From Octopus sinensis (Eukaryota), in the NCBI RefSeq assembly GCF_006345805.1, contig NC_043024.1, forward strand, positions 8,990,001-9,054,000: a stretch of 64,000 nt of DNA, in the 5' to 3' direction. Position numbers and translations under genes: made by a program. The notes beneath the pieces are model-generated. The model saw only the letters and a list, made by a program, of their open reading frames with translations. It did no database searches and had not been told where the DNA came from. Positions 1 through 10,600 of the stretch are shown piece by piece (positions within the stretch are counted from its first letter, which is position 1; each line of letters starts with the position of its first letter).

Positions 1-207
1 TACATATTATATATATATATACACATATATGTAACAAGCTTCTTTCAGTTTCCATCTACCAAATCCACTCACAAGGCTTTGGTCAGCCCAAGGCTATAGT
101 AGAAGACACTTGCCCAAGGTGCCACGCAGTGGGACTGAACCCAGAACCATGTGGTTCGTTAGCAAGCTACTTACCACACAGCCACTCCTATGCCTATATA
201 TACATAT

Positions 208-289
<82 letters not shown>

Positions 290-649
290 CATGTGACTAA
301 GTGCATAACAGATTATGTGCAAAGCTTGCATACGCACACAGACTCCCCCATACACACACACAGAGTCTTATCTCAAAATATAATAACCGCAAGTGTAAAC
401 ATTTCCCACTGCCACCCTATAAATAGACCAAATTCAGCAGAATTCCGTTGCAGTTGCTTCAACACATTGACCGCGCAAGAATTTCCTTAGACAAAGACTT
501 CAGGCAGAAATTGAAATCCAATCTGGTAAATATTATATTTTTTCTTCCTTTAAAACTTTATTGAAATCTATAGTTTTCAATTTTACTTGATAATTTTTAA
601 GATTCCTCCTGTAATTTTAGTTACCATTTAAAATAATGAAATTATTTTA

Positions 650-1436
650 AACAGTGCTCAGGTGCACCACAACTTGTCAGAAAGTGCGTATAAAGCATAT
701 GCAGTAATGTACAAATGTCTGGGAAGCGAACAGTATATAAGTCAGATACATGCTTGTGTGTGTATGGAGGGGAGAAAATCAGGTGTAGTGTTGGCGAATC
801 TCAGAAAGCATGGAAGTTTTGAAAGATGCAGTGCTCCGACAACTAACAACTGATGCCAGCAGTTTTTTCCATGCTTCAGCAACTCTCAGCGTGAAAAAAT
901 GTTTCCGAAAGAAAATTTGATTATTTTAATAATAATAATAATAATAATAAAATTATTGTATACAGTGCTCAGGTGAACCACAACTTGTCAAAAGTGTGTA
1001 TAAAGCATATGCAGTAATGTACAAATGTCTGGGAAGTGAATAGTGTATGAGTCAGATACATGCTTGCATGTGTATGGAGGGGAGAAAATTAGGTGTAGTG
1101 TTGGCGAATCTCAGGAAGCATGGAAGTTTTGAAGGATGCAGTGCTCCGACAACTAACAACAGATGCTGGCAGTTTGTTCCATGCTTCAGCAACTCTTAGC
1201 GTGAAAAAATGTTTCCGAAAGTCATGGGAGCTGTGCTGTTTTCTGACTTTGTAAATATGCCCACGGGTGTTAGACAGGTGGAGTTTGAAAAGGTGCTCAG
1301 AGTTATTGTTTGTAAGATGGTTAATAATCTTATGGGTGTCTGCCAAGTCAGCTGCCAGACGTCGGAGTTTCAATGTATCATGCCCAGGGAAGTAAGGCGT
1401 TCAGAATATGGCAAATGCCTGATGGAGGGTATATTT
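650..1436 (-). mobile_element. CR1/L2-type LINE 3' fragment with its terminal ~300 bp duplicated in tandem
   Basis: ORF 1089-1373 (LAADLADTHKII...RGHIYKVRKQ...FRKHFFTLRVAEAWNKLP) is a typical CR1-like ORF2 C-terminus, with (ATT)n tails; a second terminal unit lies at ~650-950. Confidence 0.85.
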
Positions 1437-2334
1437 TAAAAAATATTATCAGATTTTATTATTTTTTTTAATCAACTTACAATTTTCTAACACATTTGCA
1501 TCATTAACCATTCATCAGAGCTATCTGTATATCAATTCCTCAAAGCTATTTGGTATGTGTATTTGTATATATACATTATTTTGTGAGTAACATTTTAGCA
1601 TTTCAAGCTGTTGAATTTAATCCGCCTTAAAAAATTTACTTTCTAAATCCCTCGGCACGAGCTGGAGTCTGCTTAGTTTTTGTATTTTTCTCATAATACC
1701 AAATGAAACGGTCTAAAGTTTTCTAAATTGACCAACAACGTTTTTAGTTTTTGACTGCAAGAGAGTATCTATTTAGTTGTTCTGTTCGCGTTTTGCATTT
1801 GAATGTCCATTTTCTTAATATACACCTACCTAACCTACCCCGCCGCCCGTGTGGCACGACACATGACCATTAATCTCTCGAAGGTCCAGTACAGTCGTGG
1901 CCTTGCCCTTTGTTGGCTGTACCATTACCATGAGTCGGAGCACTCTGCTCTTCACTTCTTCCTTCCACAGGATAAGGATACCCTCCTTGATCCATCTCTC
2001 TACTTCTCCTTCAAACCCACTCCTGGCATCTCCTTTCAAGGTATGATGACAAAAGCTTAGCCTGATTCTCAGCATTGAGGACTCCCCTTTCCAGTGCCAC
2101 TCAACAGTCTACCACTGATCGTTGAACACTGCCTGAAAATCTTTATCTCCAATAGTGTAAGCAGCCCTTTCTGCCCCATGGCGCTTTCCTTTCTCCTGTT
2201 GCAGACACATCGCGCATAATGCCCCTGTAACACCAAATGAAACCATGTCTCCACAAACACTGACACCTCCTAGGTGGTTGATTACGTCCATGCCCATCAC
2301 CACATCAGTTCATTCTACCACATGGTCGATCACA

Positions 2335-2690
2335 ATTACCCACAGCCTACACTCGCCTCCTTACGAGGGCTCAAAATCTCTCGTGGAAGTGTCACCCAAC
2401 CAAAGTACAAATATATGGGAAATTACCACCTGTGTCATCTCTTGTGAAAGATAGGAGAGTCCAGTTTGCTGGACATTGTTGTAGAGCTGAAAAAGAGGTA
2501 ATTTCTCCTCTTCTCCTCTTGAAGCCATCTGCTCGCGATACCAGAGGGCGCACACTCTCCTATCCTGATGTATCTCCAGGGATACAGGCATCCAGCAACA
2601 GGACCTCCGTAATGCTATGATGGACTGTGAAGTCTGGCGTAGCATAGTAAATTCCATTGTCTCAACCACGGTCGAACAATGATGATGATC
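2335..2690 (+). mobile_element. RTE-like LINE 3' fragment (mirror of 42860-43210)
   Basis: Same peptide remnants (VQFAGHCCRAE) and TGATGATGA tail. Confidence 0.8.
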
Positions 2691-2707
2691 GTATATATAT
2701 ATATATA

Positions 2708-3102
2708 CTAGCAGTATCGCCCGGCGTTGCTTGGGTTTGTAAGGGAAATAACTATATAAGCATTTTTAGAGAGTTATAGCTAAAAAATAGCAAAAAAATG
2801 CATTAAAAATTGAAAAAAAATTAAGGTAAATTTTTTTTTAAATCGTTGACACATCGTAGATATTTTTAGAGAGTTACTTCCCTTATATAAAAGCGAAAAA
2901 AATGCATTAAAATGGAAAAATATGATGGTAAATTTTTTAAAAATCGTAGACTCATCGTAGACGCACGCTAATACCCAGAAGGGCTCGATATGAATCACGA
3001 CTATAAGATACCCGCTTTTGGTTAAACTGCACCGCAAAATGTGGGAGTAGTTAGGAATCTAAATCGTAGGAGACAGACACACAACTTCACTCTTATATAA
3101 AG
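2708..3102 (-). mobile_element. Non-autonomous Helitron-like element, left-arm-specific, inserted in a (TA)n tract
   Basis: On - it ends GCAACGCCGGGCGATACTGCTAG (subterminal hairpin plus CTAG) and starts TTTATATAAGAG...GTGTGTCTGTC. Same family as 26116-26606. Further Helitron-like or unknown sequence continues to ~4274. Confidence 0.7.
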
Positions 3103-4289
3103 ATGCTTTTTTTTTTTCAGTCATAGAGTTAGATTTATGAAGGTCTTCAGTAGAAAATCCTTCGAATTCTGACTCACTGCTTGATATAATAAAATTCGTA
3201 TCCATTTTTTGTCAGAATTACAAATTTTGAAAACACAATAGGAACAAATTTCGGAAAAAAATCTCCCATAATTCACGGAATTAAAATTATACTTCGATTT
3301 TTGTACAAAACTGTAGTTGAAGTGTTTACGAAGTATAATACGTGTTTTCACGAATGTACTAAAGAGATTTGCTCTGATATTCTCATTTAAATATGAATAG
3401 GTAAATTCGGGCGGCTTGGTAACTATATATAAGTGTCGTCTGTTTATACATAAACACTGTTTCATACTGCAATTATATATACATATATCTATATATAATA
3501 TTATATAATAAAATATATACAGAGTAAAATAAAAACCAATTTACCTTTTCTGTCCGTCCGTATGTCTTTGCAAATGTGTTGGAATGATAAGTGAGTTGAG
3601 TTTTGGCGCCTTTTTTACTAATAACAAACACACACGTGTTTGTATGTAGTTGTATGTGTATGTAGTTGTATGTAGTTGTATATGTATGTGTATGCGTGTG
3701 TGTGAGGAATGACACACACACACTCACGCACGCACACATGTACATCAATGCTTTCGGAGTGATATGTTAAAATATTGAGTTTTCTCGAATTTTGTCTTAA
3801 TTGGTGGTAAAATTGAAAGAAATTTTTTATGGCATCACCAACTGAAGTACTCTGAAAAATCTTAGGTAAATTCTAATTGAAGAAATTGTGTGAGGAGTAA
3901 ATGGTTATGTATTTATTTGTTTCTGTTTGCTGTGTTTTTTTATTTTTTGAGTAGTGGTTTAAATACTTTCAGTTTAGTCTTCCTCAAATCACTCTGTCGC
4001 TATTTACTTTCATTTTATTCGTTGCACACTGTGTGTGTGTGTTTGCATGTGGTGTAAACCAGACTAAGAAAAGCATTTGACACACACACCAGAATGTGAG
4101 TTTTCTGTAAATTTTGCTTAATTGGAGTTTAAATTTTAAAAACTGGACCTGGCATGACGCGATGCATTCTACTCTTAAAAATGCTAGGTAAATTGTAATT
4201 GAAGAAATCCTATATTGTAGATTTCTATAACTCCCAAAGGGAGGCAGATAAAATCTGCCTTTTATAATAAGAGATATATATATATATAT

Positions 4290-4710
4290 ACAGTTGAACC
4301 AATTCTACTATATGGCTCAGAAACCTGGATGTTATCAAAGAAGCTTGAGAGGCAGTTGGATGGAACTTACACTCGCCTCCTTATGAGAGCTCAAAATCTC
4401 TCGTGGAAGCGCCATCGAACCAAAATGCAAATATATGGGAAACTACCACCTGTATCATCTCTTGTGAAAGGTAGAAGAGTCCAGTTTGCTGGACATTGTT
4501 GTAGAGCTGAAAACAAGGTAATTTCTACTCTTCTCCTCTGGAAGCCATCTACTCGCGATACCAGAGGGCGCACACTCTCCTACCCTGAATAATCTCCAGG
4601 GATACAGGCATCCAACTACAGGACCTCTGTAATGCTATGATGGACCGTGAAGTCTGGCGTAACATAGTAAATTCCATTGTCTTGACCACGGTCGAACAAT
4701 GACGATGATG
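4290..4710 (+). mobile_element. RTE-like LINE 3' fragment (mirror of 41985-42400)
   Basis: ORF 4329-4592 MLSKKLERQLDGTYTRLLMRAQNLSW...; TGATGATG tail. Confidence 0.8.
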
Positions 4711-4901
4711 TTGTGCTCTGCACCGCTATTTCTACTTTGCTGCTTCTCTGACATCTAATTTCACTGCTTCGATTGCCGGGACACTACTCATCCCCTTCCG
4801 TTGTTTTGTTACCCTTGGGTTCACGCAAGACATTGTACAGTCCATATCCATGAGGGCTTTGAACACCTTTCCTCCAACCAGGAATTTAACTATGGGCAAT
4901 G

Positions 4902-5320
4902 TATTTCTTTACTGCCCACAAGGGGCTAAACATAGAAGGTACAAACAAGATCAAAGGGATTATGTCGATTACATCGACCGCAGTTGGAAACTGGTACTTT
5001 ATTTAATCGACCCCGAAAGGATGAAAATCAAAGTCGACCTCGGCGGAATTTGAACTTTGAACATAACGGCAGACAAAATACCTATTTCTTTACTGCCCAC
5101 AAGGGGCTAAACATAGAAGGGACAAACAAGAACAGACAAAAGTATTAAGTCGATTACATCGACCCCAGTTGGAAACTGGTACTTTATTTATTGACCCCGA
5201 AAGGATGAAAGGCAAAGTTGGCCTCGGCGGAATTTGAACTCAGAACGTAACGACAGACGAAATACGGCAACGCATTTCACCCGCCGTGTGAACGATTCTG
5301 CCAGCTCGCCACCTTTTCAG
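4902..5320 (-). mobile_element. SINE family 2, mirror copy with only 2 units
   Basis: Same TSD (CTATGGGCAATG at 4890-4901 and 5321-5332); unit starts at 4902 and 5083. Confidence 0.85.
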
Positions 5321-5582
5321 CTATGGGCAATGACTACATGAAAGCCTCTACTTGCTCACAGGGTATGTTTGAGGGGCAGCAACTTCCCCATGGCCTTTTC
5401 CCTGGTGTCAATTTCGAGCAATATATCCTGCCTGCCTGCAACAGTAGCAAATGGGTCCGGGCTTTGTCTCCGTGGTGTCCCTTGTTGTGTGGGCCCTGGC
5501 ACCTGAAGCACCGGCCCATGAACGATTGCTGCTGCTCCACGACACTTTTCCTCTCCTCATTTTTTACTGATTGTCAACAACA

Positions 5583-5999
5583 GGCGCAGGAGTGGCTGTG
5601 TGGTAAGTAGCTTGCTTACCAACCACATGGTCCTGGGTTCAGTCCCACTGCGTGGCACCTTGGGCAAGTGTCTTCTACTATAGCCTCAGGCTGACCAAAG
5701 CCTTGTGAATGGATTTGGTAGACAGAAACCGAAACAAGCCCGTCGTACATATGTATGTATATATATATGTGTGTGTGTGTGTTTGTGTGTCTGCGTTTGT
5801 CCTCCCAACATTGCTTGACAACTGATGCTGGTGTATTTATATCCCTGTTACTTAGCGGTTCGGCAAAAGAGACCGTTAGAATAAGTACTAGGCATCAAAA
5901 GAATAAGTCCCGGGGTCGATTTGCTCGACTAAAGGCAGTGCTCCAGCATGGCCACGGTCAAATGACTGAAACAAATAAAAGAGAGTAAAGAGTAAAAGA
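5583..5999 (+). mobile_element. tRNA-derived SINE (family 1); mirror copy 39942-40360 on -
   Basis: A-box-like TGGCTGTGTGG, B-box-like GGTTCAGTCCC, core TGGCACCTTGGGCAAG, internal (TA)/(TG) tract, (GAGTAAAA)n tail. Confidence 0.85.
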
Positions 6000-7066
6000 G
6001 AACAGAAAATATAATTTTAGTATATTTTAAACAAAATGTCAACTTTCAAATAATTTACTGTATATATAAATAATTTTAATGTTTTAACATTTCAATTCAT
6101 AAATTGTAGTAGAAGAATTTAACAGCCTATTAAGTTTTAAAAGACGATATTTTTTATATATCTTCATAGATCAGATTTAAATATTGTATTAAAATTTTTA
6201 ATTGAGGGAGAAAGAGTGATAGTTATTTGAAAGAATAGATTTGTAGAAAGAAAGGTACCATCACTTTGTCAAAATATTGATACACTTGAATATTTAAAAA
6301 AATGAGAACCAGAAGTATGAATATAGCTAGAGTGTTATGCAAAGTAGAAGTGTATATATGGTAGGTAAATTCATTAAGTAGGCATTGTGTCAAGACTAAA
6401 AATGTGAAGACTTGGCAATAACTTTGGCAGTAACTCAAGCAAATTTTACTGTGATTTTGTTGTTATAGATAGATTTTACTGTAATATATAACTAATTTTT
6501 GTATTATCTTAATTATTGTACTAACTAATTATTTTTATTACGTATTTTCAAATTTCTAATTTTTAAATACCTTTCATAAACAAGAAAAATTGCTTGAATA
6601 TTTAACAATTTGGTGACAGTATATTTTTCTCTCATTACATGTTTATCCTACATTAACATTTTAATGTGGAATGGCTTCTGAAAATTATTTTGCATTGTCT
6701 GAAATTATTATAAACTGTGTTACGAAAGGTATATTTAATTATTAAATAATAATGAAAAAAATGAATTTTTGTAAAATGCAAAAAATATTTTAATTGAATT
6801 ATTTTCAGTTTTAATAAAAGCTAATATTTTCTAAATCTAAATATATTATTTGAAGTTTTATCCTTAGCTGTAATATTTTAAGTAAAAATTTTCTTCTTCC
6901 ATATTTTACCAGATGTAATAACTTGTTCTGTACTTTTGCAGGTTTATAATCTTTTTGCAGGTTTATAAGAATATTATTTCTTTTGCTCACATTTTTCCAT
7001 GTAATATATGCATTGTTTGTGTTTTTAAAGTAATGAAATGAACATTTCCTCCCTCAAACTATAATA

Positions 7067-7631
7067 TTGGGTTGTCCGGAAAGTTCGTGCCGATTTATAG
7101 TAGCTTACCTTTCAACTTATTTTAGAACATGGTTGAGTCCGTAAAATAGGATTTGCCTATACCTCCATATAGAGCACAATTTAAGCTATCTTTTTGTGGA
7201 AGAAGGTTTATGTTCCTATAACCTGTGTTAATTCTGTAACCCTTTAAAATGGAAGATAAGAAAGTTAATTTTCAGCACTTGATGCTTTGGGAACCAGACA
7301 AAAATTGCTGCAGCTCGGCTGGGATGTGTTACCCCACCCTCCATATTCACCAGACATTGCTCCTTCGGATTTCCACTTATTTAGGTCTCTGCAGAATAGT
7401 CTTAATGGTAAAAATTTCAATTCCTTACATGACATAAAAAGATTCCTTGATGAATTCTTTGTCATGAAACCACCTGAATTCTGGGAAGAGGGTATTTTCA
7501 AGTTAAGGAAAGATGGAGACACATTGTGCAACACAATGTTTCACATTTGGTTGATTAAAAATGTAATGTCAAGTATTTATTGACCTTTTTCTTTCCTTTA
7601 AAGATCGGCAAGAACTTTCCGGACAACCCAA
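7067..7631 (+). mobile_element. Internally deleted (non-autonomous) mariner element, 565 bp
   Basis: TIRs TTGGGTTGTCCGGAAAGTTC(G/T)TGCCGAT, TA on both flanks. Transposase N-terminus (MEDKKVNFQHLMLWE) is fused directly to the C-terminal catalytic part (WDVLPHPPYSPDIAPSDFHLF). Confidence 0.95.
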
Positions 7632-7650
7632 TATTCTCTTAGAGCTAAAT

Positions 7651-7673
7651 GTTTTCCTTACATTTCCTTATAG
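7651..7673 (+). promoter_or_regulatory. Candidate 3' splice acceptor just upstream of the large ORF (mirrored at 38262-38284 on -)
   Basis: GTTTTCCTTACATTTCCTTATAG|AATCATTATG: polypyrimidine tract plus AG at 7672-7673, 7 nt before the ATG. Confidence 0.55.
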
Positions 7674-7680
7674 AATCATT

Positions 7681-10600
7681 ATGGACGACCCAAAAGGAAA
7701 TACTCCAAGAACATCTACTACTCAGAAAAGTGTTTCCCGTGATCCAGCAACAAAAAGTGACGAAAGAGTTGAAAAGAAAAAACGGAGAAATGAGAGAGAT
7801 GAAGGTTCCGGATCAAGTGACGAAGGACATGATAGTACTAGCAGGTCTGTTACAAGATTCAAAGCATATAAAGGCAAAGGAAGCAGAAAGGAAACAGAAG
7901 TGATACAACAGCAAAAAGCTGTACTACACAGATTTGAGTCTCAATATCGCTACTGTGAGGCGTTTATGCAAGATATATTTAAGGAGAGTTACCACTTCGA
8001 ATGTTTGGGATTAAGTGCCAATTCCATTTTGCAAAATATCAAAGAGAAAGTCAGGATCTTGCTGAAATATATGAAAAATCATAATATTTCTATTGAACAG
8101 GACCTTGAATTGTTTCAAAAGAAACTTTATGACATATTTGTGAATAGCAATCCATACAAATACAAGACCATTGGTGTACCGAAGATAGACAAATTTCGTT
8201 CTGTTTGTCCGGTTGGAACCAGAGAAGCAAAGATTGAAGAATCAGGGGAAGATGTGTGCAATATTATATCAAAAATTATTGTCTTACAAGATGCGGTGGT
8301 AACATATTCCGAACTTTGTAAGACAATATGTTGTGCGACATCAGATAAAGGCAGAAATGAGGTTCATTGCCCGTCTTCTGTTACTGATTTTACCAGAATT
8401 GGTCAAAAGTCTGTTCTGGCTACACTCCCCTTTAGACAAATGATTCTTATTATCAATCCTTCTAGTTTAAAACTGAAAACACTTTCTTTAGGTTTTTATA
8501 TGGTTTCGTATTTACAACATTCTACATTTATAGGTGTAGAAATGTTTGGTAAAACCATATACCTTGTTGACTGGGATGATAATGAAATTATCGAACAATT
8601 CGTTACCAAAGAGTTACCTGCAGATATTGCTGTAGGATCACAGAATAACCTGTTAATATCCTTTACCAATATTAACAGAGTTATTTGTTACAATCTCAAT
8701 GGCCAGCAGTTATTTGAGGTAGAGGTCCATTCTCTGGACCTTCCAACCAACATCGCTGTGTATCAAAACCATTTTTATGTCCTCCAGGGACATATTATTT
8801 ACAGAATTTCAGCTACAGGTGCTGTTTCAAAGAGAGAAATTGGCAGGAGATGTCGGTATATTTCTGTTGGCAAAGATACCATTTTCTTGATTGATTATTT
8901 GTGTTTTCCTCATACTATTAAGACAAACAAAGACTTCTGGTCCAGGTTGTCATACAGCCATCAGCTACATAGCCATAGTTTGAACAACTATATCTATACT
9001 GAGGATTGCAACAATATCACAAATATTCTACCTATGACAACATCTTCTATACTGATCATCTACAAGAATAAAAAAGCTATATTTTTCACTGATATTGGAG
9101 GGAAAATTAGCCAAAATAATTTAACTTTTGATTTCCCTCCTTCTATATTTTGTAAACTGAACTCAAACAGCTTTCTGGTCTTTCATCGTGAAATGAAAAG
9201 ACTTCAGTATATCACATGTCCTGAACTAAACAAAGGCCCTTTAATAAAGGTTCACGCTGATTATATTAAAATATGTCATATGGTATCAAACAGGTGTTTA
9301 GCTCTGACTACCAGTGATAATAAACAGGAGATACATATCCTATTGATTAAGGAAGACAAAGTTGATATCATTGAAAGAATTTCTCTGGAACATGATAATG
9401 TCACCATTGCTGCAACTCCAATTAATTTTGTAGTCCTAGACAGAAGGAAAAATAAACTGGTATTTTATTCCGCTTCTAGTGAAAAACTTTTTGAAAAATA
9501 CCTTCAATTCTACGGCTACCCCCATCACATCCAATCTGACAATATTTATTTTTATGTTTTCTTCAAAAAAGAGTCTGTTGTGATATGTTATAATATACAT
9601 GGAGAAATTAAATGGCAATGGAAGCTACCTTTCCCTGTTCACCCTCACATTGCTATTTTCCAAGGAACTGTTTACGTGCCGGACATTGAACACAACAGGG
9701 TTCTTCTTTACGAGTATTATGACCAGTCTAGCTGTCGTTTACACGTAAAAACTCCTTACATAAGAAATCTGAATATACGACTTAAAGAAAAAGAGAATGA
9801 CAAAAAAACTCTGATTGTCGAAATATGCCATCTAGTAAATGGACAGTTGGTGGTATCTGACATAAACAGTGATTGCTTGTTATACATTTCTAACGAAGGA
9901 GAGATTGTGTCTAGATTATCTCTGCCATCGACAGCTACAGATATATGTCGATGGGATTGTAATCAGATAGGTGTCACATTACCCCTAGAGAAACAATTAC
10001 AGGTGATTGGAAACCTATCAAAGACAGTTAGAACCATATCGTTAAGTCACGCTTATGTAAAGGTGTGTAAGCTGGGTAAAGGTCACATTGTTTGTTATTC
10101 TGATAAACCATCTCAATTAGATATTTTAGCCATTAAAAATTATAATCAGGTTGAAATGATTCGTAGAATTAATATCCCTTTTGTAGTAAAATCATTAGAA
10201 ATAGAAAATGAAACTCTAAATCTATTAATTGTTACTAGGAATAAAGTATTTCAGTACAACACTTCTATTGATAGTGTTGGCCATAGTTGTAGGAATAGTA
10301 TTAAGATGATCCCCAGGGATTTCCTGTCCGGAGTAAAACACTCCCTTAATTTCTCTGGAGGATGTATTGACAAAATGTTTGTGTATCTGATAGGCAACAA
10401 CCGTGTGCTTGCTATAAATGACCATAACTTGGTGGGGAGAGACCACATCATGAATAATCAACTTATCTTGTACATTGACCTGCTAGATGTATTTTCTAGA
10501 AACATATGTGTCGGTGAGATGTGGTCTTCTACATTATATGTACAGGATATGACAGTTTCTGATAAAGCTAGACACGTTATTGTCCCTCCAGGTTTTGGAG

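Noticed and set aside
5583-5660. tRNA gene
   Set aside because: A- and B-box-like motifs are present, but they continue into a SINE core and tail and recur in more than ten copies; these are SINE heads.
7249-7583. Functional mariner transposase (also 13513-13842, 32122-32394, 38352-38686)
   Set aside because: Most of the transposase, including the DNA-binding region and the first two catalytic aspartates, is deleted.
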